Below are positions 1-9,285 of a stretch of DNA of 64,000 nucleotides, in pieces. The notes beneath the pieces are model-generated. The model saw only the letters and a list, made by a program, of their open reading frames with translations. It was not told the DNA's origin and searched no databases. The stretch's first letter is position 1, and every line of letters begins with the position of its first letter. Source of the stretch: Acidimicrobiales bacterium (GTDB lineage Bacteria > Actinomycetota > Acidimicrobiia > Acidimicrobiales > Palsa-688); contig JBMFUG010000001.1 of assembly GCA_049966695.1 (NCBI GenBank), positions 23,184 through 87,183 of the forward strand, read 5' to 3'. Both the position numbers and the translations under genes were made by a program.

Positions 1-108
1 CTCCTGGTCGACGCCAACGCTGCTGGTCTGGACGGCACGGCCCGCTCCGACCGGACCCCCCGGCACAGCGCCGGCCGGCCGGTCCCGACGGCATCCTCTA
101 CGGCGCTC

Positions 109-651
109 TTGGCCCGGGTGGTCGCGTCCGGGCACTGGCTCGGCGATTGGGTCTTGGGCGCCCGCTGGCTCGGCCGGTGGTACTCAGAGCGGGCGGTACG
201 CTTCTGGCGTTACAGCGCAGGCTCAGTCGTTGCGTACCTGATGAGCGGGGCCGTCTTTTACGCTGCAGTCAACTGGTTGGACTGGGGTGCCATTACCTGC
301 ACGGTCGTGGCTTTCGTGGCCGGGGCGGTCCCCAACTGGGTCCTGAACCGCCGGTGGGCATGGCAACGGCGCGGCCGGGACCGTTTTGCCCAAGAAACCA
401 GCATGTACGTGGTAGTGACTGGCCTCAGCTTGGTGCTGACAGCCGTAGCTACAAAGCTGGCAGCCCACTGGGTGGACGGCATGCACGCTAGCGACATTGC
501 CCGCAATATGCTGCTTACTTCGACCTACATGTCCGCTCAGGTAGTGATGTTCGTACTTAAGTACGTCGCTTACGACCGCTGGGTGTTCGTAGGCCGCCGG
601 ACGTCGCGCAACCACGTCCTCAGCACGACCGCCCCGAACCGCAGGCCATAG
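109..651 (+). CDS. GtrA-family small membrane protein
   Basis: 180 aa with about 4 hydrophobic helices and the NWVLNRRWAW motif typical of GtrA-like proteins. Its 3' end overlaps the convergent GT2 gene by 82 nt, so the boundaries are uncertain. Confidence 0.6.
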   Translation: MARVVASGHWLGDWVLGARWLGRWYSERAVRFWRYSAGSVVAYLMSGAVFYAAVNWLDWGAITCTVVAFVAGAVPNWVLNRRWAWQRRGRDRFAQETSMYVVVTGLSLVLTAVATKLAAHWVDGMHASDIARNMLLTSTYMSAQVVMFVLKYVAYDRWVFVGRRTSRNHVLSTTAPNRRP

Positions 652-1511
652 ATAAAATCGCCGCCCTTTTTGGTCGTGCCGGAACGGCGACCAGGTGTAA
701 AGGTGGGCACCTCGGCCAGCTTGTAGCCTGCCATCGCGGCCCCGATCAGCAGCTCCGAGGCTTGGTACTGGGGTTGGTCGAGCACGACGCTTGACGTCAC
801 CCCGGCCCTCATTGCGCGCAACCCGCAAGACGGGTCGGTGACCTTTTGGCCGGTCAGCCAGCTTATGAGCTTGCCAAAGACCACCACGCCCAGGTTGCGG
901 GCAAGATCCGTGCTAGCCGTGGAACCGAGCCGGCGCGATGCCGAGACGAAGTCGGCTTTGCCGTCCACGATCGGTTGCACTACCCGAGGTATATCGGCGG
1001 GGTCCCACTGCCCGTCAGCGTCCGTTGTCGCGATAATGCTGGCACCCCTCTCGCGAGCAAGATGGTAGCCAAGCCGCAGTGCGGCACCTTGGCCTCGGTT
1101 GACGCCCACCTCGCAAACAAGGGCACCGGCTCCCCGCGCAACCTCGGCCGTGTTGTCGGAGGCCCCGTCGACGACCACGATCACTTCGGTCGACATGCCG
1201 CAGGCCGTCCCCGGCACCGCCGACACCACCTGGGCTACATTTGCCTCCTCGTTGTAGGCGGCGATCACGACTGCCAACGGCTGCGATGGGCGGTCCTTGT
1301 AAGCCTCCAAGAAGGCGGCCGCAGACTCCCTGTCGAGGCTGTTTAGAGCTTGGGCACCACGCTGACCGCCCGCCCACAGCACGGTTACCCCGCTCCCAGC
1401 GCCGCTCCCGCTCTTGGCAGCGCCCTCCCGCCTCCGGCGGTTGAGCTTTAGCCCAACCACTCGCGTGCCACCTCGGCAATGCCAGCTTCCAGCGCGACAG
1501 AAGGCGACCAA
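570..1511 (-). CDS. Family-2 glycosyltransferase (polyprenol-phosphate sugar synthase-like)
   Basis: GT-A motifs VIAAYNEEANV, VVVDGASDNT and TDADGQWDP. The Arg/Gly-rich N-terminal ~60 aa suggests the true start lies downstream of 1511. Confidence 0.75.
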   Translation of the reverse strand: MVAFCRAGSWHCRGGTRVVGLKLNRRRREGAAKSGSGAGSGVTVLWAGGQRGAQALNSLDRESAAAFLEAYKDRPSQPLAVVIAAYNEEANVAQVVSAVPGTACGMSTEVIVVVDGASDNTAEVARGAGALVCEVGVNRGQGAALRLGYHLARERGASIIATTDADGQWDPADIPRVVQPIVDGKADFVSASRRLGSTASTDLARNLGVVVFGKLISWLTGQKVTDPSCGLRAMRAGVTSSVVLDQPQYQASELLIGAAMAGYKLAEVPTFTPGRRSGTTKKGGDFIYGLRFGAVVLRTWLRDVRRPTNTQRS

Positions 1512-2422
1512 CCAAAGCTCTTGGCAAGGGAATTGTCCACCACCACCGCCGGCATCTCACCAGCCTTGGCTGGGACGTGCGCCACGTCCAAGTGCCGACC
1601 GGTAGCCTTTTCGACCAGGGCGACAAGCTCAAGCACTGAGATGGAGCAACCGGCACCTATGACCACCGGGCCGGACATGGCTGGGGATCTCAGTGCCAAG
1701 AGCACCGCCGAGACCACGTCAGCGATATTTACGTAGTCGCGGACCTGCCGCCCGTCGCCGTAGATGTCGAACTGTGACTCTCCCCTCGCTGCCCGCATCA
1801 ACCTCGGCACGGCCGTGTCTTTTTCCGCCATACCTGGGCCGTAGACATTGGTCAGGCGCAAAGCGACGCCCCGGACCCCGTAAGCGGCGTTGTAGCACGA
1901 GAGCAACATCTCACCGGCAGCTTTAGTCGCCCCGTAAGGCGTGAGAGGCGCCAGCGGCGCCCGTTCGTGGAGCGTCCCAGTTGCCCCTGAACCGACGACT
2001 GCGTTAGAGGACGCAAGCACAAAGGCGGAGACGCCGACTTTGCGGCAACGTTCCAAGAGGTCCCCGAGAGCTGTCACGTTGTTGTCCAAAGCACCTTGGG
2101 GGTCCTGCAGGGACCGCAGCACGGACGTTTGAGCGGCAAGGTGCACGACGGCCGACGTGCCAGGCGCCACCGCCTCTTCTATTACGGCCCGGTTGGTCAG
2201 GTCCCCCAGCACTAGCTCCACTTGGTGGTCACCGTCTGGGTGGCAGCGGAACGGGGGGGCGGGCCGGCGGTCGACGGAGACCACCTGCGCCCCCGCCTGG
2301 CACAGGGCCGCCACGACGTGGCCCCCTATGAACCCAGACCCACCTGTGACCACCACTCGTTCGCCAACCAGGTCCGAAGCGCCCGGAGAGCCGGGCGCCG
2401 AAGTCACATCAGCTGCAGGCAT
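1448..2422 (-). CDS. NAD-dependent epimerase/dehydratase (SDR family)
   Basis: Rossmann motif VVVTGGSGFIGGHVV and catalytic YGATKAAGE (YxxxK). Confidence 0.8.
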   Translation of the reverse strand: MPAADVTSAPGSPGASDLVGERVVVTGGSGFIGGHVVAALCQAGAQVVSVDRRPAPPFRCHPDGDHQVELVLGDLTNRAVIEEAVAPGTSAVVHLAAQTSVLRSLQDPQGALDNNVTALGDLLERCRKVGVSAFVLASSNAVVGSGATGTLHERAPLAPLTPYGATKAAGEMLLSCYNAAYGVRGVALRLTNVYGPGMAEKDTAVPRLMRAARGESQFDIYGDGRQVRDYVNIADVVSAVLLALRSPAMSGPVVIGAGCSISVLELVALVEKATGRHLDVAHVPAKAGEMPAVVVDNSLAKSFGWSPSVALEAGIAEVAREWLG

Positions 2423-2489
2423 CCCACCAAGGTAGCTGCCCGAGCGCTTACCTGGCGAGGCCCGCTCAAATGCTGGGGGCTTGGTGCGA

Positions 2490-2936
2490 CTAACATGCGG
2501 GTTTTGGCCCCACCGGCCTGCGCCACGTGAACAGCCACATCACGAGCCCGGCCGTAATAACTAACAGGCCGAGCACGCTAAGCCAAGTGGCGTTGGAGAT
2601 CGTGACGAAAACGACCCCTAAGCCTAAGACCACCAGCACCGGCCCCGGCCACCTCTCTTCGAGGCAGGTCCTTTTCAGCCCCGTCGGCAGCCTCTTGGCA
2701 GTACGAAGACATGACCGCCCAATAGCGCGGGCCGCCATGGGCGCTGCGCGCGTGACCACAGCTTCGCACGCTAGGGCCACTGGGAGCAATAGCCTCCGCC
2801 ACGCTTTCTCCCACGGCCGCATAGGGCCGCTCAGAGCTTTCGCCAGCTCCGGGTCGCCCGCTTGGACCATAGCTTCGATGGTCGCAAGCTCCTTGCGCTC
2901 TTGAACCGAGAGCCTCACCCTGTCCTGAGTGCCCAT
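2490..2936 (-). CDS. DUF3040-like membrane protein
   Basis: N-terminal LSVQERKELATIEAMVQAGDPELAKAL resembles the DUF3040 helix. C-terminal hydrophobic helices are present. Confidence 0.5.
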   Translation of the reverse strand: MGTQDRVRLSVQERKELATIEAMVQAGDPELAKALSGPMRPWEKAWRRLLLPVALACEAVVTRAAPMAARAIGRSCLRTAKRLPTGLKRTCLEERWPGPVLVVLGLGVVFVTISNATWLSVLGLLVITAGLVMWLFTWRRPVGPKPAC

Positions 2937-3054
2937 GGTAATGCCTCTGTTCTTCTACCTCCTAGCGTAGCGTTTTGCACGCCCTCGTGCTTGGCCAAAA
3001 CCACAACTTCACCTCGGCGCCACCGCAAGCGACGCACCTAGCGAGCGGAGGAGT

Positions 3055-3990
3055 ATGGTCGCGGCCATGCCGCCCACCACGAACAAGTCCCCGACCGCTC
3101 GCCACGATGGCAGCCCCCAAGGGGGACGAGCGGGCCCAAGGGCTGCTGGCCCTGCGCAACCGCAACGCCGTGCGCCTGCGCCGAGGAAGGCACCTGGGAG
3201 CACGCCGCACAAGGTGCCTGCGGCCACGACGGCCAAGACAGCCCGCTCGGGCCTCCCCCACACCCTGTGCTTCGACATCGGGAGGGCCACGATCACGGCT
3301 TCAGTGCTGTCGAGCCAGGGAGAGCCGCTCCACGAGCCGGCCCAAGTGCCCACGCTTTACCCGCTGCAACCTGGGCAGCTGGTTGCCACCTTGCGCCAGC
3401 TTGCATCTGAGCTCCCCTCTTACCAGCGAGTAAGCGCCAGCTTCCCTGGTACGCTCCGAGCTGGCCGAGTGCTCTCAGCCCCCGACTTCATCTCGCCCAC
3501 TGGCCCCGGAGGGGCCCCGTCAGCGCAACTGTGGGAAGCCTGGACGGGTTTCGACCTGCAAGGTGCCCTGGCCGGCACCCTCGGGCACCCATGCCGTGCG
3601 GCCAACGAAGCCGAGGTCGAAGGAGCGGCCCTGGTGGACGGCGAGGGCTTGGAACTAGTCATGACGCTCGGGACCGGGGTAGGCACGGCGCTTTTTTGGC
3701 AAGGCAAGCTCGCCCCCCACCTGGACCTAGCCCACCACCCGCTCGGGAAAAAGGGCCAGGACTACGACGAGCTGCTCGGAGAGGCCGCCAGGCGAAAAGT
3801 CGGCAACAAGAAATGGAGCGCCCGGGTCTCAAGGACGCTCGAAGTGCTTAGGGACCTTTTATTGTTCGACAAGTGCTACATAGGCGGGGACAACGCGTCT
3901 CGGGTGAAGTCCGAGCTCCCAGCCGATGTGGTGCTAGCCAGCAATGGTGGCGGGGCCTTGGGCGGCGTCCGGCTCTGGGAACGGCTGTAG
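3055..3990 (+). CDS. ROK-family sugar kinase (polyphosphate glucokinase-like)
   Basis: Motifs LCFDIGRATI, MTLGTGVGTALF and GGDNA. The Pro/Ala-rich first ~55 codons are doubtful. An in-frame GTG lies at 3214. Confidence 0.6.
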   Translation: MVAAMPPTTNKSPTARHDGSPQGGRAGPRAAGPAQPQRRAPAPRKAPGSTPHKVPAATTAKTARSGLPHTLCFDIGRATITASVLSSQGEPLHEPAQVPTLYPLQPGQLVATLRQLASELPSYQRVSASFPGTLRAGRVLSAPDFISPTGPGGAPSAQLWEAWTGFDLQGALAGTLGHPCRAANEAEVEGAALVDGEGLELVMTLGTGVGTALFWQGKLAPHLDLAHHPLGKKGQDYDELLGEAARRKVGNKKWSARVSRTLEVLRDLLLFDKCYIGGDNASRVKSELPADVVLASNGGGALGGVRLWERL

Positions 3991-4130
3991 CCACTTCGGC
4001 GAGCGCACCTTAGGAGCATTGCGCTGGGCTCCGACGGCCACAACCGCCTGCGCAAGGCTGCTCCCGTCCATCAAGTAAGCGTTCTTGCTACTGGCCCTGG
4101 GCGCCGGCTTTTCAGCGCAACGGCACTTTT

Positions 4131-4931
4131 TTAGCTCAGTATGTCGCGGGTGGTCATACGTGCCCAGGCTGCCGCCCCGAAAACTGCCATGTAGCCGGCT
4201 TGTAAGACTATGTCTTTCCAGATGTCGTGCCACCGCACGGGGTCCCTCAATAGGTCCCCGAAAGCGGTCCAATAGTTGGTGAACAACCAGGGGTGCATGA
4301 ACGACACCTGCGAGACGCTGTCCAAGATCGCGGACACGATGACGGCCCCGACGGTAACCGCCATGGCGGCTATAGGGACATCGGTCACAGTGGAAACAAA
4401 AACGCCGATCGAGGCAAGGCCGAACATCGACACACCTACCACCAACCCCGCCAACAGGCTCCGGCCCACCCCGTCCATAAAACTAACGGTGGTGCCAGAA
4501 AGCGTCACTACCCGGCCGTGCGGGAAAAAGGCGACCCCGGCGACCAGGCCCACGACCACGATGCCAAGGGCGGCAGCCAGGCAAAAAAGAGCGACAACGA
4601 CGGCTTTAGCCAACAAAAGCCGGGCCCGCCCAGCCGGTCGGACGACAAGGTAGCGCAAAGTGCCCATGCTCGCCTCGCCGGCTATGGAGTCGCCCGCGAC
4701 GGCGGCGGTACAAAGGGGGATGAAAAAAGGCATCGAGACCGTGAGGGCAGCCAAGGCCGTGAACACCCCATTGTGCACCACCCGGTCCAGGAACGACGGG
4801 CCCTCCCCTGGTGCCGGCCCACCCGACAGGTAAACGACAACGGCGAGGAAAACTGGCACGGCGGCGAGCGCCCCAAGAAGGGCCTTCGTCCTCGCCCGGC
4901 CAAAGACGGTGCGGGCCTCAACCAGCCACAT
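4131..4931 (-). CDS. ABC-2 type transporter permease
   Basis: 266 aa with about 6 TM helices. It is translationally coupled to the upstream ABC ATPase by a 14-nt overlap. Confidence 0.65.
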   Translation of the reverse strand: MWLVEARTVFGRARTKALLGALAAVPVFLAVVVYLSGGPAPGEGPSFLDRVVHNGVFTALAALTVSMPFFIPLCTAAVAGDSIAGEASMGTLRYLVVRPAGRARLLLAKAVVVALFCLAAALGIVVVGLVAGVAFFPHGRVVTLSGTTVSFMDGVGRSLLAGLVVGVSMFGLASIGVFVSTVTDVPIAAMAVTVGAVIVSAILDSVSQVSFMHPWLFTNYWTAFGDLLRDPVRWHDIWKDIVLQAGYMAVFGAAAWARMTTRDILS

Positions 4932-5853
4932 CGAAACCCTCGCCAGTCAAGGCAACGAAAGCGTCCTCCAAAGAAGCCCTCTCCCTCACCAACGAGCGGA
5001 CCCCCACGCCCGCCTCCACCAGCCTCCGGTTGCATTCCTCGGGCGGGACGTCACCCAACGTGGCCAGCACTTCGCCCCCACGCCGGGCCACGTCCGACAA
5101 GCCCATCGCTGACAGGACCTCGGCCGCCCGAGCAGGGTCGTCCGGCTCAACCCTGAGCCTCGCTCCCGAAGACGCCCGCAGCTCCTCCATGGTCCCCTGC
5201 ATCGCCAGCTTCCCGCGGTGCATGACACCCACATGGGTGCAGATCTGTTCGACTTCCGAGAGCAAATGAGACGAAAGGAAGACCGTAGTGCCTTCTTCCG
5301 CCAGCTGACGGACAAGGTGGCGGATTTCGCGGGTCCCCTGAGGGTCCATGCCATTGGTCGGCTCGTCGAGCACCAGCAACTGGCGTGGCCTGGCCAACGC
5401 CCAAGCCAACCCCAGGCGTTGGCGCATGCCCAACGAGTAGGCCCTGTACTTTTTACCAGCAGCAGCGCTAAGGCCGACCCGGGCGAGCGCTTCTGAGATC
5501 CGTCTCTCCCGGCTCGACGAGCGCCCGTCGGGGCCGAGCGCGTCCAGGCGGGCAAGGTTTTCGTACCCAGACAACCAAGGGTAAAAGGCCGGCCCCTCGA
5601 CCAGCGCTCCCACGCGAGGCAAAGCGGTCATCAAGCGAGCGGGCATCGGCTCGCCAAGCAGGCTCCAGCTGCCGCCAGTCGGGTTGACCAGCCCCAAAAG
5701 TACCCTGATGGTGGTGGTCTTGCCCGAGCCGTTCGGGCCCAAAAAGCCGTACGTACTACCGGCGGGGACAGCCAGGTCTATGCCGTCGACTGCTGTTAGG
5801 CCGCCAAAGTGCTTGGCCAGGCCGTGGGTCTCCACGGCAAGGTCAGCGGGCAC
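4918..5853 (-). CDS. ABC transporter ATP-binding protein
   Basis: Walker A GPNGSGKTT, signature YSLGMRQRL, Walker B LLVLDEPTNGMD. Confidence 0.9.
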   Translation of the reverse strand: MPADLAVETHGLAKHFGGLTAVDGIDLAVPAGSTYGFLGPNGSGKTTTIRVLLGLVNPTGGSWSLLGEPMPARLMTALPRVGALVEGPAFYPWLSGYENLARLDALGPDGRSSSRERRISEALARVGLSAAAGKKYRAYSLGMRQRLGLAWALARPRQLLVLDEPTNGMDPQGTREIRHLVRQLAEEGTTVFLSSHLLSEVEQICTHVGVMHRGKLAMQGTMEELRASSGARLRVEPDDPARAAEVLSAMGLSDVARRGGEVLATLGDVPPEECNRRLVEAGVGVRSLVRERASLEDAFVALTGEGFDVAG

Positions 5854-5870
5854 ACCCAGGACCTAAGTGC

Positions 5871-7013
5871 TCAGGCAGCCGAGGAAGCGGCAGCCTCTAG
5901 AACAGCTGGGGTGACGAACCCGGCATAGAAACGGCCGGTGGGCATGAACAGCACGTTCAGGAGGTAGGTGCTAAAAAGGCGACCCTGTTGGCCCCCGACG
6001 GTGACTACCGTCGTCACCTCGTCGAGGGTGGCTTGCACAGTGGTCCCGAGCTGGCCGGTCCTGCCGCTCACAACGGTCGTCCAACCTGAGCCGATCTTGG
6101 TGAGCCCGGACGAGGTGCCAACCTGGCCTGAGCCCGGCTGAGCCGTGGAGGGGCTCGCCCACCCTCCGCTGCCAGGACCGAGAGTGCGGGTGATGACCTT
6201 GGCGCCGGGGGGCGGGACAAAGGTCAGCTCGCTCGCCGGTGGCGCCCCCAGGCTCAGCGCGCCGGTGAAGGCCAGGGACAGAGCCGGGCCTGCTGTTTGC
6301 CCTACTGCCCATACCGCTACCCCGAGCGGGACGCCCAACAAGCTCCCCGTGGCCCCGACGTCGACCTCGACGCGGTCGACCGTGCTGCCTGCGGGGTCGT
6401 TGGGAGAGAGCACCAGCGGGTAGGCCGGTTGGCCCGCCACGTACAGCGGCTCCCCTACTGCCACTTTCGTAGTGGGGCTCAGGTGCTCGAGCAAGCGGGA
6501 GGCCAGCTGCTGCGGGGTCAAAAGGGGCTCCGTCGTGGTGGTGACCCCGGTACCAGCACCACTGCCTGGCTGGCCGACCAGTTCGAGCACTGTCTGGTTG
6601 GCGCTGTCCCAAAGCCAGGCCTCGTTGCCGTTGCGGACTAAGTCGACCTCGATCGCCGGTTGCTCTTCAGCCAGCGCGATGTGCTCAGCCTTGGCCCCGT
6701 CAAGCCAGACGTCCAAGTTGTAGTTGCCGGACAGCAGGCTAAGGGGGTCAAAGGAAGAGCCGCCCCCCTGGCCGCCCGCCTGCTCTAGCGACGAAAGACC
6801 TGAAATGCCCAAGTTGGCCGCCCAAGTGAGGGTGCCGCTCAGCTGGGGCACTTGGGCTGCCTCGACATCAGCCAATAACTGCTGAGCTGACAGAGCAGGC
6901 AAGTTGGGAGCAGGAGACGCCGACAGTGTCGGGGCCCAGGCAGCCAGGGCGATGACGCCAAGCACGGCGACAGGCGCGAGGTACTTGGCTCGGCGCGCAG
7001 GCAAAGAGCTCAT
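5871..7013 (-). CDS. Secreted protein, LolA/RseB-fold-like (uncertain)
   Basis: Signal peptide KYLAPVAVLGVIALAAWA. Sits in an operon with the ABC exporter. The family assignment is from memory only. Confidence 0.45.
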   Translation of the reverse strand: MSSLPARRAKYLAPVAVLGVIALAAWAPTLSASPAPNLPALSAQQLLADVEAAQVPQLSGTLTWAANLGISGLSSLEQAGGQGGGSSFDPLSLLSGNYNLDVWLDGAKAEHIALAEEQPAIEVDLVRNGNEAWLWDSANQTVLELVGQPGSGAGTGVTTTTEPLLTPQQLASRLLEHLSPTTKVAVGEPLYVAGQPAYPLVLSPNDPAGSTVDRVEVDVGATGSLLGVPLGVAVWAVGQTAGPALSLAFTGALSLGAPPASELTFVPPPGAKVITRTLGPGSGGWASPSTAQPGSGQVGTSSGLTKIGSGWTTVVSGRTGQLGTTVQATLDEVTTVVTVGGQQGRLFSTYLLNVLFMPTGRFYAGFVTPAVLEAAASSAA

Positions 7014-7132
7014 AGCTTCAGGGTACAGTCGTCTGGTCGCTCTAGGCGCCGACCCGCCAGGCCCGCCCGTCGTTCATTGCGCAGACCTCGTGGCCGGTAC
7101 TTTGAGGCGCCCCCTGGTGCCGGCCCGACAAT

Positions 7133-8464
7133 TTACGCGTGCCTGTCCAACAAAAGGGGGCTCGACCAACCGGTACGCTCCCGGGTGGAAGCGTGGTAGG
7201 CCCTCACCTCTTCCAACGACGGGCTGTGGACGACCTCACCATGGTCCACAGCCCTCACCTGGAGCTTCTTCGCCCCCGGGTGCGGGCACTCGGGCGAGGT
7301 GGAGACAATGTCCGCCCAGGCGGGCAGGTCAACCTCGCTCAGCTTGGCCTCCGCTAGCACCTCCAAAGCGAAATGGCCCGGCAGTTCGTGGAGCATGCCC
7401 CGCCATGCCCACTTGCGCCCGCCGATGGTCGCCTTGCCCGCGGAACGCTTTGCGACCGGCCGCTGGGGCGCGCCCGGGCCGCTGCCCGGGTCCCCTACCG
7501 ATACCAGCTTGTAAACAAAGCCTGCGCTGGCAGCTCCCATGCCTGTCACCACATTTGTCCCGACCCCAAAAGAATCAACCGGAGCGGCCCCCAGTGCGGC
7601 AATGGTGCGAGCGTCCAGGTCCCCCGTCACGACCAGCTTCGTCTGGGTAGCTCCCAGCTCGTCCAGCAGCTTGCGTGCCCGAAGGGCTTCCAGCCCGAGG
7701 TCACCGGAGTCGATCCGTACAGCCCCCAGTGCTGGCCCTGCGACCTGAAGCGCGTTGCGTATGCCCTGCATGGAGTCGTAGGTGTCCACGAGGAGCGTCG
7801 TGCCCGGCCCAAAGGCAGCGACCTGTGCAGCAAAGGCATCCGTTTCCCTCGGGTAGGCGAGCACAAAGGCGTGCGAAGCGGTCCCTGCTGTCGGTATGCC
7901 GTACAGCCTCCCCGCTTGCAGGTTGGAAGTGCTGGCAAAACCACCTATGTACGCAGCTCGGGCAGCTGCCACCGCTGCGTTGGGGTCGACCCGGCGGCTC
8001 CCCATCTCGATCACTGGCCGTCCCGCAGCGGCAATGGTTATCAGGCTGGCTGCAGCGGCAACAGCCGAGTCGAAGTTCAAGATGCTAAGGGCCAGCGTCT
8101 CCAGCAAAAGGCCCTCGCCAAAGGGTGCCTCAACGGTCAGGACCGGTGAGCCCGCCGTGTACAGCTCACCTTCTCGGTAGGCGTCTATTTGACCGCTGAA
8201 GTGGTAGTTAGCCAAATAAGCGACCGTGGCGGCATCAACGACTTGGTGCCCTTCTAGCCACGAGAGTTCCTCGGGACCGAAGTTGAAATCCAAAAGAGCG
8301 TCCGTGAAGCGGCCTAGCCCGGCGAAGACACCCCAAGGCCGGCGCTCGGGGATCCGCCGGGTGAACACCTCAAAGGTGGCTGGGCACGAAGCCAGGCCGC
8401 TTTTTAGGGCAGCCTCCAACATGGTCAGTTCATAGCGGTCGGTCAAAAAAGCAGTCGAGGTCAT
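7133..8464 (-). CDS. pncB: Nicotinate phosphoribosyltransferase
   Basis: N-terminal LTDRYELTMLEAALKSG, GTASHAF motif, 443 aa. Confidence 0.85.
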   Translation of the reverse strand: MTSTAFLTDRYELTMLEAALKSGLASCPATFEVFTRRIPERRPWGVFAGLGRFTDALLDFNFGPEELSWLEGHQVVDAATVAYLANYHFSGQIDAYREGELYTAGSPVLTVEAPFGEGLLLETLALSILNFDSAVAAAASLITIAAAGRPVIEMGSRRVDPNAAVAAARAAYIGGFASTSNLQAGRLYGIPTAGTASHAFVLAYPRETDAFAAQVAAFGPGTTLLVDTYDSMQGIRNALQVAGPALGAVRIDSGDLGLEALRARKLLDELGATQTKLVVTGDLDARTIAALGAAPVDSFGVGTNVVTGMGAASAGFVYKLVSVGDPGSGPGAPQRPVAKRSAGKATIGGRKWAWRGMLHELPGHFALEVLAEAKLSEVDLPAWADIVSTSPECPHPGAKKLQVRAVDHGEVVHSPSLEEVRAYHASTRERTGWSSPLLLDRHA

Positions 8465-9285
8465 CTGCGTCCTTCATGCTGGCGGCGACCAGCCGGGCCA
8501 CGTTCGTGCTCGCGGCGACGAGCTAGACGGGCCAATAGGCTAGCTTCTTTGGCCGGCCCGCCCAGCTGTCGTTCCTGCGCCCCCAGCGCCACCCGCTCCC
8601 TGTGCAGCGCTTCGGGCTCTGAGTCATCGAGCGGCGCCAATGGCCCGATCACCCAAGACAAAAGCATGTCGGCAAGGCGCGGGTTGCGAGCTAGGACCGG
8701 GCCGTGCAAGTAGGTACCCCACACTCGGCCCGCCACTGCACCCTCCAGCGACCCGTCTTTGTTGCCAGTACCGGCGAGCACCTTGCCGGCCGGTCGGCAA
8801 CCTGGGCCGAGCTCGGTCACCGCCGCGTGGTTCTCAAAGCCGGTGAGGACCGGGAGGCCTTGAGCTGCCCACTCGTCCTCTGGCTGCACCAAAATCTCGC
8901 CAATGGCACGCGGTGACCCTGTCCGGGTGGTCACGCAGTCGAGAAGGCCAAGGCCTTCGCTGGGACGACCGTCAGGGCCGACGAAACGTTGCCCTAAGAT
9001 CTGCAAGCCGGCGCAGATGGCCAAGACCGCTGCTCCCCCCTCAAGTGCCTTGTCTAGGCAACGAGCCTCTCTCAACTTCGAAGCGGCCAGCGCCTGAGGC
9101 AAGTCCTCACCCCCGCCAACTACGTAAAACTCGCAGCTGGTCGGCACCACCTCGTCGGCTCTCACGGTAAGGACCTGGCTGTCGTACCCACGCCAGCGCA
9201 GCCTTTGCGCCAGCACGGTCGCGTTGCCACCGTCGCCGTAGGTACCGAGGAGCTCGGGGTAAACGAGCGCGACGGTTATGGTCAT
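8461..9285 (-). CDS. gatD: Glutamine amidotransferase subunit of lipid II isoglutaminyl synthase (CobQ/GatD-like)
   Basis: Motifs CAGLQILG (nucleophile Cys), GFENHA and YLHGPVLARNP. Has a 4-nt overlap with murT. Confidence 0.75.
   Translation of the reverse strand: MTITVALVYPELLGTYGDGGNATVLAQRLRWRGYDSQVLTVRADEVVPTSCEFYVVGGGEDLPQALAASKLREARCLDKALEGGAAVLAICAGLQILGQRFVGPDGRPSEGLGLLDCVTTRTGSPRAIGEILVQPEDEWAAQGLPVLTGFENHAAVTELGPGCRPAGKVLAGTGNKDGSLEGAVAGRVWGTYLHGPVLARNPRLADMLLSWVIGPLAPLDDSEPEALHRERVALGAQERQLGGPAKEASLLARLARRREHERGPAGRRQHEGRR

Noticed and set aside
570-651. The 82-nt convergent overlap of the GtrA-like and GT2 genes, considered as a functional antisense overlap.
   Set aside because: It is more likely to reflect uncertain 3' and 5' boundaries in high-GC ORF calling. 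No independent signal supports it.
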